A stretch of 33,689 nucleotides of DNA from IMG/VR virus record IMGVR_UViG_3300035187_003302, positions 1 through 33,689 of that record; one strand, given 5' to 3'. This document shows positions 25,605 through 33,105 of the stretch, in pieces. This DNA comes from a virus (taxonomy: Duplodnaviria > Caudoviricetes). The stretch's first letter is position 1. The number at the start of each line of letters is the position of its first letter. The notes below the pieces were generated by a model. The model searched no databases. It had not been told where the DNA came from and saw nothing but the letters and a program-made list of their open reading frames with translations. A program made the position numbers and the translations under genes.

Positions 25605-26821
25605 GGCTTTCTCCTGTTCGGGATGGTGAAGCGGTCCAGCGTCGCGGCGATGGCGGCGGCGTACTTCTCCCCCGGGCCGTCCGCGTCCGTCGAAATCTGA
25701 ACCAGCGTAGCGTGTCGGAGGGTCGCCGCGATGTCAAATCCGGGGCCGTCGGCGGGCCATGCGCCCTGCCAGACTCCGAAAACCGCGTCCACCTCGTAGA
25801 ACTCGCCCGACTTGGCGAGCCGCAGGCGGCCGTCGGCGGTGGCCGCCCGGAGGAAATCGGGGCCGCCCTCGACAATGACGGCGCGGCCAGACCAAACCAC
25901 GGAGCCCGGGGACCAATCCCGGCCGCAAAGCACGGGGTCACCGGGGCGGAAGGCGCCCCCGCCGCGAAGGACGGAGACGGCCGCGGGGTCGGCGTAGACC
26001 GCGCCCCGGCATCCGCCGCCGATGGGCGAGACTTCCTTGGCATCCGGGCCGGCGTAGGGAAGCCAAGAATCACCGCTCCAACGATGCGGCCCCCTCGGCT
26101 CGCCATCGGCCGTCCACGCGCACCGCCGCGCCCGGAGCGCCACAAGCTCCCCGCGCGCGTCGTAGACCGGGAGCAAGAGCGGCCACCCCTCGCCCCACGT
26201 CACCCGGCCTACCCGCGCCCAATCGGGCGGGGCGATGATGGTATCGCCCACCTCGCAGACGCCGGGCGGGCAGACCCGCGCCACCGAAAGTGACCGCGCC
26301 CGGGCGGCGCGCGCCACGGGGTCGCCGCGCCATCCGTCGCGGGCCGAACGGGCGGCCCACCACCCGGCGGCGGCGCCGGAGTCGCAGGGCCACGCGGCGT
26401 CCCACAGGGCGGCCACCTGGGACGCGGGAAGCCGTTCGGGCGGTGCCGGGGGCGGCTCGGGAGCGCGGGCGATTGTGGGGGCCTTCTTGGCCTCTCCCGG
26501 GGCGTGGGCGTATTCGCACAGGCCAAGGGATGCGCAGAGGTCGCGCAGGCGCGGCCAGTCCGCGGACCCGGCCCGGAGGTCGGCGCCGATGGACGCGGCG
26601 GCGACTTCGAGCGCGCCGCCCTTCGCTTGGCAGGCGTGGCAATGCCACGCGCGTCCGAGGTCGGCCACCGGGGGCCGCGGGTCCGCGCCGCCCCGCCGGG
26701 TTGCGCCGCAGGCCGGGCACGGGCCGAACGTCGTGCGGCCGTGCGCCGTTCGGGCGGGCAGTCCGAGCCCCGCCACCGCGCGCGCCACGGGCGCCTGTCG
26801 CACATCGTCAATCCATCCCAT
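25601..26821 (-). CDS. Primase (zinc finger plus TOPRIM)
   Basis: GPCPACG...WHCHAC..GG zinc-binding domain; IVEGGPDF and TDADGPG TOPRIM motifs; GAGGTG SD. Confidence 0.85.
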   Translation of the reverse strand: MGWIDDVRQAPVARAVAGLGLPARTAHGRTTFGPCPACGATRRGGADPRPPVADLGRAWHCHACQAKGGALEVAAASIGADLRAGSADWPRLRDLCASLGLCEYAHAPGEAKKAPTIARAPEPPPAPPERLPASQVAALWDAAWPCDSGAAAGWWAARSARDGWRGDPVARAARARSLSVARVCPPGVCEVGDTIIAPPDWARVGRVTWGEGWPLLLPVYDARGELVALRARRCAWTADGEPRGPHRWSGDSWLPYAGPDAKEVSPIGGGCRGAVYADPAAVSVLRGGGAFRPGDPVLCGRDWSPGSVVWSGRAVIVEGGPDFLRAATADGRLRLAKSGEFYEVDAVFGVWQGAWPADGPGFDIAATLRHATLVQISTDADGPGEKYAAAIAATLDRFTIPNRRKP

Positions 26822-26838
26822 ACGCACCTCACCGGGGA

Positions 26839-26867
26839 AGGGTAGCGCGGCGCCCGGCGCCCGTCAA
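26839..26867 (-). promoter_or_regulatory. Promoter for primase-helicase
   Basis: TTGACG-17-TACCCT; the -35 contains the methylase stop; shares 17 bp with the promoter at 27797-27825. Confidence 0.75.
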
Positions 26868-27790
26868 CCGAGCAGCGCCGTCACGAACTGCGCCGCGATT
26901 TGCGGGACGATGGCATTACCGTAGCCCCGTAATCGTCCCACGCGGGCGGGTATCCCATCAGCCAGCGGGAATGTTCCGGGTCCAACCGGCCGCCATTTCC
27001 CATCCCGGCATCCGAGCCAATCAGAATCCGCCCATCCGCTGTGAGTCGCGCGGGGCCTTTCGCCTCCCACGCCACCCGGCCGAGCAGCCCGTTCGGCGGC
27101 GCCGTCCCGTCCGCTGCGCCGTCCTTCCAGTCGCGCGTCGTGGGCGTCGGCCATCCCGCCGCCTGAGCTGCCGCCGCAAGCGTAAGCCCCGCCCCGTTCC
27201 CGTTGTGGTGCCGCTCTCGCATCCGGTCCCGGCGCGCTTGGTTCGCCTCCCACGGCTGGCCGTCGTTCATCGCCCCGGCGTCCGGCGTCGGCCACGGCGC
27301 CCCAGTAAAGGCGCTGTCGAAGATGCGGCGCACCGACCCCCGCAGCGCACAAATCGGCGGCCCCGACGGCATATCCCAGACCTTCCAAGTCAAGGCGTAC
27401 AGCGCAGAGCCAGTCAAGCCCGGCGCGGCCCGCAACCTGCTCTCCAAGGACGATTGCAGGGCGGCACTCCGCGACGAGGCGGCGCATTTCGGGCCAAAGG
27501 TGGCGCTCGTCGGCGGTGCCCCGGCCTTTCCCTGCAACGGAAAATGGCTGGCAGGGGCAGGAACCGGTCCAGACGGGCGCATCGTCGGGGATGCCGGCAA
27601 GTCGGAGGGCGAGGGGCCAGCCCCCAATTCCCGCGAAGAAGTGAGCTTGGCGGTATCCCACAAGGTCATCTGGACGGACATCGGCGATGCTCCTTTCGTC
27701 CACGTCGCCGGCCGGAAGGTGGCCGGCGGCAATCAGGGCGCGCAGCCAGGCGGCGGCGAAGGGGTCGTGTTCATTGTAGTAAGCGGGCAT
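26864..27790 (-). CDS. DNA cytosine-C5 methyltransferase, alpha chain
   Basis: FFAGIGG (I), GSCPCQPFSVAG (IV), EQV (VI), HLRQRLYW (VIII), GYGNAIVPQ (X); motif IX absent. Confidence 0.92.
   Translation of the reverse strand: MPAYYNEHDPFAAAWLRALIAAGHLPAGDVDERSIADVRPDDLVGYRQAHFFAGIGGWPLALRLAGIPDDAPVWTGSCPCQPFSVAGKGRGTADERHLWPEMRRLVAECRPAIVLGEQVAGRAGLDWLCAVRLDLEGLGYAVGAADLCAAGVGAPHLRQRLYWGAVADAGRRGDERRPAVGGEPSAPGPDARAAPQRERGGAYACGGSSGGGMADAHDARLEGRRSGRDGAAERAARPGGVGGERPRATHSGWADSDWLGCRDGKWRPVGPGTFPLADGIPARVGRLRGYGNAIVPQIAAQFVTALLG
26881..27681 (-). CDS. Overlapping-frame beta chain of the C5 methyltransferase (266 aa)
   Basis: AAAGGAG SD 8 nt before ATG 27681; two WPTP units and RLDPEHSRWLMGYPPAW (motif IX). 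Confidence 0.75.
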   Translation of the reverse strand: MSVQMTLWDTAKLTSSRELGAGPSPSDLPASPTMRPSGPVPAPASHFPLQGKAGAPPTSATFGPKCAASSRSAALQSSLESRLRAAPGLTGSALYALTWKVWDMPSGPPICALRGSVRRIFDSAFTGAPWPTPDAGAMNDGQPWEANQARRDRMRERHHNGNGAGLTLAAAAQAAGWPTPTTRDWKDGAADGTAPPNGLLGRVAWEAKGPARLTADGRILIGSDAGMGNGGRLDPEHSRWLMGYPPAWDDYGATVMPSSRKSRRSS

Positions 27791-27796
27791 GCTGGC

Positions 27797-27825
27797 AGGG
27801 TAGCGCGGCGCCCCGTAGCCGTCAA
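27797..27825 (-). promoter_or_regulatory. Promoter for C5 methylase (leaderless)
   Basis: TTGACG-17-TACCCT; ATG 27790 begins 7 nt after the -10. Confidence 0.75.
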
Positions 27826-27829
27826 GCGG

Positions 27830-28280
27830 TGTAGCAGGGCGCTACTACGTCTCGACGGGGCGTGAGATAGCGAAAGCCAAGGAACGACCGGCACGGCGCC
27901 GCGCAGCGGCACTCCCCTTCTCTCTCTCTTTCTCTATACCTTTTATGCTACTGCTACACTTGCTACGCGCATGCTACCAGGGGGACGGTAGCACGATACA
28001 CGTAGTCAAAGCGTCATTTTCGGCGCTGCTACACCTGCTACGCCAAAAACACATACCCCTTCGCGCGCGCGACCCCCGGGCCCCTCCTCACCCCTCCTTC
28101 TCCCCGTTACATATGTACCCTTTTCCGGTAGCGCGTAGCAGAGCGTATCTGCAACCAGCACCCTCCCGGATTACGCCGACCGTCCGCCGCGTTTCGGCCG
28201 GCCCAAGTGATACCGCGGGAGTGTAGCAACAAGGTAATACCCCTGTCGCCGCTACCTGTTTCTGGTAGCAGAGGCGCCCC
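27830..28280. other. Putative replication origin / divergent control region
   Basis: Non-coding, lower GC, pyrimidine tract 27912-27944, many TGCTAC/GTAGCA hexamers in both orientations, 18-bp near-repeat at 27951-27968 and 28026-28043. Confidence 0.6.
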
Positions 28281-28282
28281 GC

Positions 28283-28311
28283 TTGACGCGCCCGGGGCAC
28301 GGTGCTACGGT
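28283..28311 (+). promoter_or_regulatory. Promoter for HTH/terminase operon (leaderless)
   Basis: TTGACG-17-TACGGT with extended TG; ATG 28318 begins 7 nt after the -10. Confidence 0.75.
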
Positions 28312-28317
28312 AAGGCC

Positions 28318-28569
28318 ATGACCACGCTTCACGACCTTCACGCCCGCGGCCTCTCCGACGCCGAAATCGGCGCCGCCCTTGGCCTCTCCCTGCCGCGCGC
28401 CCGCGCCGCCCGTGTGCGCGCCGGGCTGCCAGCGAACCCCGCGCCACCGCCGCGCGCCCGTCTCCGCGTCTCGCTTGCGCCGGACGTGGCGGCCGCCATC
28501 GTGGACCGCGCCGCCATCGAGCGCCGGCCCGTCGCCGCCGTGGCGCGCGCCCTTCTGGTGGGCGCGTGA
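28318..28569 (+). CDS. HTH plus ribbon-helix-helix-like DNA-binding protein, paralogue 1
   Basis: GLSDAEIGAALGLS HTH; ANPAPP linker; LRVSL...AAIVDRA. Confidence 0.65.
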   Translation: MTTLHDLHARGLSDAEIGAALGLSLPRARAARVRAGLPANPAPPPRARLRVSLAPDVAAAIVDRAAIERRPVAAVARALLVGA

Positions 28570-28733
28570 GCCCCGGCGATATCGTCTGGCTGAGCGGTCC
28601 AGGCGGCGTGATGCGCGTCAACTTCCGCGGGCTCCACCCGGACGATTCCGGCCTCGCCATCGTTCTCTCGTGCGAGACGTGGATGCAGTTCACGGTCCAC
28701 GTTTCTGCGCTTTCGCGGGAAAAGCTGGAATGA
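28566..28733 (+). CDS. Small beta-rich hypothetical protein (55 aa)
   Basis: GTG 28566 and TGA 28733 both overlap neighbours by 4 bp; MSPGDIVWL start. Confidence 0.6.
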   Translation: MSPGDIVWLSGPGGVMRVNFRGLHPDDSGLAIVLSCETWMQFTVHVSALSREKLE

Positions 28734-29074
28734 GCGACACCGCCCGCGCCCACGCCGCAGCCGAGCTTGCGCGCGTCGCCGAAGTGTCGGCGCGCCGCGG
28801 GGGCGTTGACCCGGCCTCCGCTGACGCCTATCTCCGTCTCGCCCGCGAACTGCGGGAGGCCGCCGACCGCGCGCGACTCCCGGCCGACGCCGACCCGGCG
28901 ACCGTCTACGGCGCCGCCGTGGCCCGCGCCGTCCGCCTCGAACGCACCTTCGCCCGCCTGCGGCGCGAAGACCGCCGGGCGGAAATGGCGGCCGAAATCG
29001 CGGAAGCCAGGAAACAGGCCGACGCCGCCGCCCGCCTCATGCGCCGCCCCTCTCCCGCCCCGGTGAACCCATGA
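28730..29074 (+). CDS. Hypothetical helical protein
   Basis: ATG 28730, ATGA overlaps at both ends. Confidence 0.65.
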   Translation: MSDTARAHAAAELARVAEVSARRGGVDPASADAYLRLARELREAADRARLPADADPATVYGAAVARAVRLERTFARLRREDRRAEMAAEIAEARKQADAAARLMRRPSPAPVNP

Positions 29075-29379
29075 CCCTTCGCGACCTTCCCGATTCCGTA
29101 GACACCGCCCGCCGCGCGGACCATGCTTCCGGCCTCCGCGATTGCGACCTTGCCGCCCGGTGGGGCGTGTCTCGTCAAGCCGTGCGCATCTGGCGGGAGC
29201 GCCGCAGCCTTTCGGCCAACCCGGCGCCGCCCGCCGTCCGCGTGTCCGTTGACGTGCACCTTGACGCGGGCGAGATGGCCGCCATCGTGGACCGCGCCCG
29301 CGCCGCCGGCCAGCGCCCCGCCGTCTACGCCGCGTCCGCCATCGCCGCCGCCGTCGGCCGTCGGGATGGTGCCGCGTGA
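29071..29379 (+). CDS. HTH plus RHH-like DNA-binding protein, paralogue 2
   Basis: GLRDCDLAARWGVSRQAVRIWR HTH; ANPAPP; VDVHL...AAIVDRA. Confidence 0.7.
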   Translation: MTLRDLPDSVDTARRADHASGLRDCDLAARWGVSRQAVRIWRERRSLSANPAPPAVRVSVDVHLDAGEMAAIVDRARAAGQRPAVYAASAIAAAVGRRDGAA

Positions 29380-29708
29380 AGACCGCCGACGGCCCGACCT
29401 CCCGCATCGGGGAGGCGCAAGCCGAGGTGGCCGATGCCCTCGCCCTTCTGGATTCCGCCGGCATCCCCGGCCGTGACGAGGTGGGCGCCTTGCTCCGGCA
29501 GGCCGTCGCCAACGCGGCGCGGTCGCTTGCCGAATCGTCGGCGCCCGACCCTACCAAACTCGCCTCCGTGGCGAAACTTTGGGCTGATTATCCGCAGCTT
29601 TGGGGCGGGGCAGAGTCCGAGGCCGACCCCGCCGCCGCGACGATGGCCGCGCTTGTCGCCGAAGCGGCGCGGGCCGACTCCATCCGCCGCGTGATGGGGG
29701 AGTCGTGA
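29376..29708 (+). CDS. Hypothetical helical protein, possible terminase small subunit
   Basis: 110 aa, helical, upstream of terL; function inferred from position only. Confidence 0.4.
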   Translation: MKTADGPTSRIGEAQAEVADALALLDSAGIPGRDEVGALLRQAVANAARSLAESSAPDPTKLASVAKLWADYPQLWGGAESEADPAAATMAALVAEAARADSIRRVMGES

Positions 29709-29854
29709 CCACCGTTGCTACGTGCTGCCGCTGCGGGCAAACCTTCATGGCGCCCGCCGAATACTTCGCCGCGTGGTGCTCCCCGGATTGCGAGCTTGAC
29801 GCGCTCTCCGCGCCCGCGCCCGCGCCGGAACCGACGGGGGAAGTCAACGAATGA
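29705..29854 (+). CDS. Small zinc-finger protein (49 aa)
   Basis: CxxCG..F...WCSxxC motif; 4-bp overlaps. Confidence 0.6.
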   Translation: MTTVATCCRCGQTFMAPAEYFAAWCSPDCELDALSAPAPAPEPTGEVNE

Positions 29855-30933
29855 CCTGTCCCCTCTTTGTCGAGTTGTGCGCCGGCACCGCCGCGCTTAG
29901 CCTCCGGCTTCACCGCCGCCACGCCCGGCCGCCCGTCTCCCGCATGGGGGCGAAGACCGGGTACGCGGATGCCATCCTCCGGGTGCTCGGGCTTCGGCCA
30001 GGCCAAGGCGCGGCGCACTACCTCTGGTGTGAGCCTGACCCCGGGGTGCGGCTCTTGTTGGAGGCCTACCGTGACCCTGGCTTGGCTCAGGAGGCGGCCG
30101 CCATCATCCGCGGATGGGTTGACGAAGAGCCCCGGGCGCTGTGGGAGAGGCTACGGGCAGAGGGGCCGCCGCGGGGCGTGGAGGCCGGGGAGGTGGCGCG
30201 GTGGGCGCGGCTCATCACCGCGAACCGACTTATCCCCGGGCGGTGGGCCGACGATGGGCGCTGGGTCAACGCGGCACGCGATGGTGGCGAGCACACTATC
30301 GGCGGCGTGTCTTTCGGCGGGGATGAGTTCTGCACCCCGGCCGTGGACCTTGCGGCCAAGTTCGAGGCCAGCGTCGGCGACATGCCGGCGATCGTGGAGG
30401 CCGACGCCCGGCGCGTGGACCCGCGGGAGGTGGCGCGGTGGCTCAATATCGAAGCGTGGGTCAATAATGGTCGCTACATGGGTCCAGACAGGCCGGCGGC
30501 GCGGCGCGCGGTTGACCCGGGTTGGGTTGCGTCGCTTACCGGTGTCGGGCTTGCTTGTCGCACGGATGACCTCCCCACCCTCCCCGCCACCATCACCCCC
30601 GACGCCCGCGGCATCGAGCCCGGCCCCGACCTCCCGCCCGGAACGGTCGCCTACATGGACCCGCCTTACGTGGGGACGACTGGCTACGGTCACGACCTCC
30701 CGCGCTCGGAGGTGGTCGCCCTTGCCCGGCGGTGGGCGGACGCGGGGGCAACGGTCGCCATCTCCGAGGCTGAGCCCATCGCGGACCTCACCGCGGAGGG
30801 CTGGCACGCCGTCCGCGTGGACGGGGAGCGGGCAGGCAGCAAGCGCACCTTCTCGAAGCAGCAGGCGGAATGGGTCACGATGAACCGCCCGCCCGCATGG
30901 ACACCACCGGAACAGCGGGGGCTATTCGCATGA
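29851..30933 (+). CDS. Dam-like (D12-class) N6-adenine DNA methyltransferase
   Basis: FVELCAGTAA (I), RMGAK (X-like), YMDPPY (IV), VAISE. Confidence 0.8.
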   Translation: MTCPLFVELCAGTAALSLRLHRRHARPPVSRMGAKTGYADAILRVLGLRPGQGAAHYLWCEPDPGVRLLLEAYRDPGLAQEAAAIIRGWVDEEPRALWERLRAEGPPRGVEAGEVARWARLITANRLIPGRWADDGRWVNAARDGGEHTIGGVSFGGDEFCTPAVDLAAKFEASVGDMPAIVEADARRVDPREVARWLNIEAWVNNGRYMGPDRPAARRAVDPGWVASLTGVGLACRTDDLPTLPATITPDARGIEPGPDLPPGTVAYMDPPYVGTTGYGHDLPRSEVVALARRWADAGATVAISEAEPIADLTAEGWHAVRVDGERAGSKRTFSKQQAEWVTMNRPPAWTPPEQRGLFA

Positions 30934-32747
30934 CGCCCGCCGAAATCCTCCGGCTTCCGCTGGCCGACCTTGTGACGGCCGCCGCCGCGTCGGGCCCCGC
31001 CGGGCTGGCGTGGCTTCGGTTCCGCTGCGACCGCGACTTGGCCGCATACATGGCGCTTTGCTGGCCGGGGATTGCCGCCGCGCCCTTCGCCCCGTCGCAC
31101 CGTGCCATCTTGGCTTGGTTCGATTCTCTGCCGCCGTTCGACCTCCGCGCCGCGCAAGCCGGGGCCGATGCCGAGGCCGACCCCATCGCGCGGTCGGCGT
31201 GGGAGGCGCCGCGCGGGACCGGCAAAACCTCGGTTGCGATTGCTGCGCTTGACCGGGCGGTGCGTTCGGGCCGTGAACCTTACGTCGTCATCATCGGCCC
31301 GGAGTCCGCGCACGCATCCGCGCTTTCCGTCTCGCTCCAAGCGATGCTGAGCCCCGGCCACCCCGCCGCGTCGCCGATGCTGGCCGCGCTCTATGGCGAC
31401 GTGGGATGGACCGGCAACATGGGCGATGGCGCGGTCAAGCGTGGGGCCGTCCTTGGCTTCCCCGCGGGCGTCTCCTATGTCTCCGTCCGTTCGATTGGCG
31501 GCACCATCCGGGGCCTTCTTCGTGGGACGCACCGGCCAACGCTGGTTCTCCTTGACGACCTCGAAAAGCCAGACGACGTGGGCAGCATGGCCGCGCGCGA
31601 TGCGATGCACGAAAAGCTGAACTCGGACGTTCTAAACTTGGGGCCGCAGGGCGGCGGCTTGGCGGTCTGCCTCATGGCGACCCGGCTTCACCCCGACGCG
31701 GTGTCGGCGCGTCTCCAACGTGACCCGGCTTGGGATGGCGCGTCCTTCCGCGGGATTGTGCGTTGGCCCGTCGGCGTCGAATCGGGCGAAATCCAGGAGG
31801 GCAGCCGATGGGCGGAATGGCGGGCGCTCCTGACGGACCCGGCTTCACCCGCCCGGGAGCGCGAACGCGCCGCCCTCGACTTCTACCGGCAGCACCGCGA
31901 CGAAATGGACGCCGGGGCCGAAGTGCTCGACCCTCACCGGCTTCCGCTGTACCGGGCGATGCTCCGGCTTGTTTCGATTGGGCTCCCGAGCTTTCTGAAA
32001 GACGTACAGAACGCGCCGATTGCTTCGGGCGGCGGCGCATTCCGCCCCGATTCGTTCCGGTGGTGTACGCTGGACGGGCGGGATGTCGTCATTGGCTACG
32101 GAGACACCGCCCGGCGCATCCCCCTTCCGGCTTTCTCCCGCGCGGTGGTCCACCTCGACCCGACCACAAGCCGCAAGAAGGGCAGCACCGCCCGCGACTT
32201 CGCCGGCTTCGCCGTGGTGGCGATGCGAGACGACCGCGCGACGGGTGAACGGCTGTACGTGGTGCTCGAATGGTCGGCCGTCCGCGAAGAGCCCGAAGAC
32301 CAAGCCGAACGGGCGTGGGCCGCGTGGGCGCGGTGGCGGGCCGCCGGCATCCCCGCCGTGGAGGTCATCTACGAAAGCAACGGCGGCGGGGGCGCCTGTC
32401 TCCAAGGCGAATACCACGCCGATATGCGCCGCAAACGCAAAGCCGCCGGCCTCCCGTCCACGATGGAGCCCGTCGCCATCCACGAAACCCGGGCTAAGGA
32501 CGCCTGCATTTCCGGCGTGGTTCCGCTGCTGAATAACGGCGTGGCCGTGCTTTCGACCGCCATCCGCTCGCATGAGGGCGGCCGGGAAGCTCTCCGGCAG
32601 ACGGAGGCATGGCCCGGCGGCGCGCATGACGACGGCCCCGATGCGCTGGCGAAGGCGCTGCTTCGGTTGGAAAGCGCGTCTACGGGCGGGCTTTCGCTGG
32701 CCGATGCCGAGCGGGCGTTGTCGCTCTTCTCCCGCGCCGCCGGGTGA
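30930..32747 (+). CDS. terL: Terminase large subunit
   Basis: Walker A APRGTGKT, IRG, Walker B VLLDDLE, ATRLH.D, QN.P, nuclease HLDP and HDDGPDAL. Confidence 0.92.
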   Translation: MTPAEILRLPLADLVTAAAASGPAGLAWLRFRCDRDLAAYMALCWPGIAAAPFAPSHRAILAWFDSLPPFDLRAAQAGADAEADPIARSAWEAPRGTGKTSVAIAALDRAVRSGREPYVVIIGPESAHASALSVSLQAMLSPGHPAASPMLAALYGDVGWTGNMGDGAVKRGAVLGFPAGVSYVSVRSIGGTIRGLLRGTHRPTLVLLDDLEKPDDVGSMAARDAMHEKLNSDVLNLGPQGGGLAVCLMATRLHPDAVSARLQRDPAWDGASFRGIVRWPVGVESGEIQEGSRWAEWRALLTDPASPARERERAALDFYRQHRDEMDAGAEVLDPHRLPLYRAMLRLVSIGLPSFLKDVQNAPIASGGGAFRPDSFRWCTLDGRDVVIGYGDTARRIPLPAFSRAVVHLDPTTSRKKGSTARDFAGFAVVAMRDDRATGERLYVVLEWSAVREEPEDQAERAWAAWARWRAAGIPAVEVIYESNGGGGACLQGEYHADMRRKRKAAGLPSTMEPVAIHETRAKDACISGVVPLLNNGVAVLSTAIRSHEGGREALRQTEAWPGGAHDDGPDALAKALLRLESASTGGLSLADAERALSLFSRAAG

Positions 32748-32790
32748 CTTGTCAAGCGTATGTCAACCGCTTGACGGGCGCGGGGTGCGA
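32664..32790 (+). repeat. Terminal overlap copy 2 (identical to 1-127)
   Basis: Exact match with offset 32663. Confidence 0.95.
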
Positions 32791-32799
32791 GCATATGAT
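32749..32799 (+). promoter_or_regulatory. Early promoter, allele B
   Basis: TTGACG (32771-32776)-17-TATGAT (32794-32799). Confidence 0.8.
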
Positions 32800-32848
32800 G
32801 TTTGTGTCCGGGGGCGATGGAGCCGCCCGGCGAACAGGAGAAGCCACC

Positions 32849-33076
32849 ATGACCGCCACCCGCACCCTCGCCATCGAGCGCCTTCGCGTTGCCGCCGCCG
32901 CCCTCGCCGCCGCCGCCGCTTGGAAAGCCGCCGCCGACGCCGCCGCCGCCGCCGCCAAGGCCACCGCCGGGGGCGCCGCCGACGCCGCCGCCGACGCCGC
33001 CGCCTGGGCCGCCGCCGACGAGGCCAAGGCCGCCGCAGAGGTTGCCGCCGACGCCGCCGCCCGCGCCTCCGTCTGA
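32849..33076 (+). CDS. Ala-rich low-complexity early protein (cassette allele B, gene 1)
   Basis: AACAGGAG SD; begins MTATRTLAIE (allele A has RTLAIE); GCC-repeat rich. Confidence 0.65.
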   Translation: MTATRTLAIERLRVAAAALAAAAAWKAAADAAAAAAKATAGGAADAAADAAAWAAADEAKAAAEVAADAAARASV

Positions 33077-33105
33077 CCGCCCCCACCACCCAACAGGAGC
33101 AAGCC

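Noticed and set aside
27945-28226. 93-aa ORF in the origin-like region
   Set aside because: Its LLHLLR repeats simply translate the TGCTAC repeats; atypical codons; no SD
29867-30883. 338-aa alternative frame over the adenine methylase
   Set aside because: Arg/Pro/Ser/Gly-rich with no SD and no methylase motif, unlike the C5 beta frame
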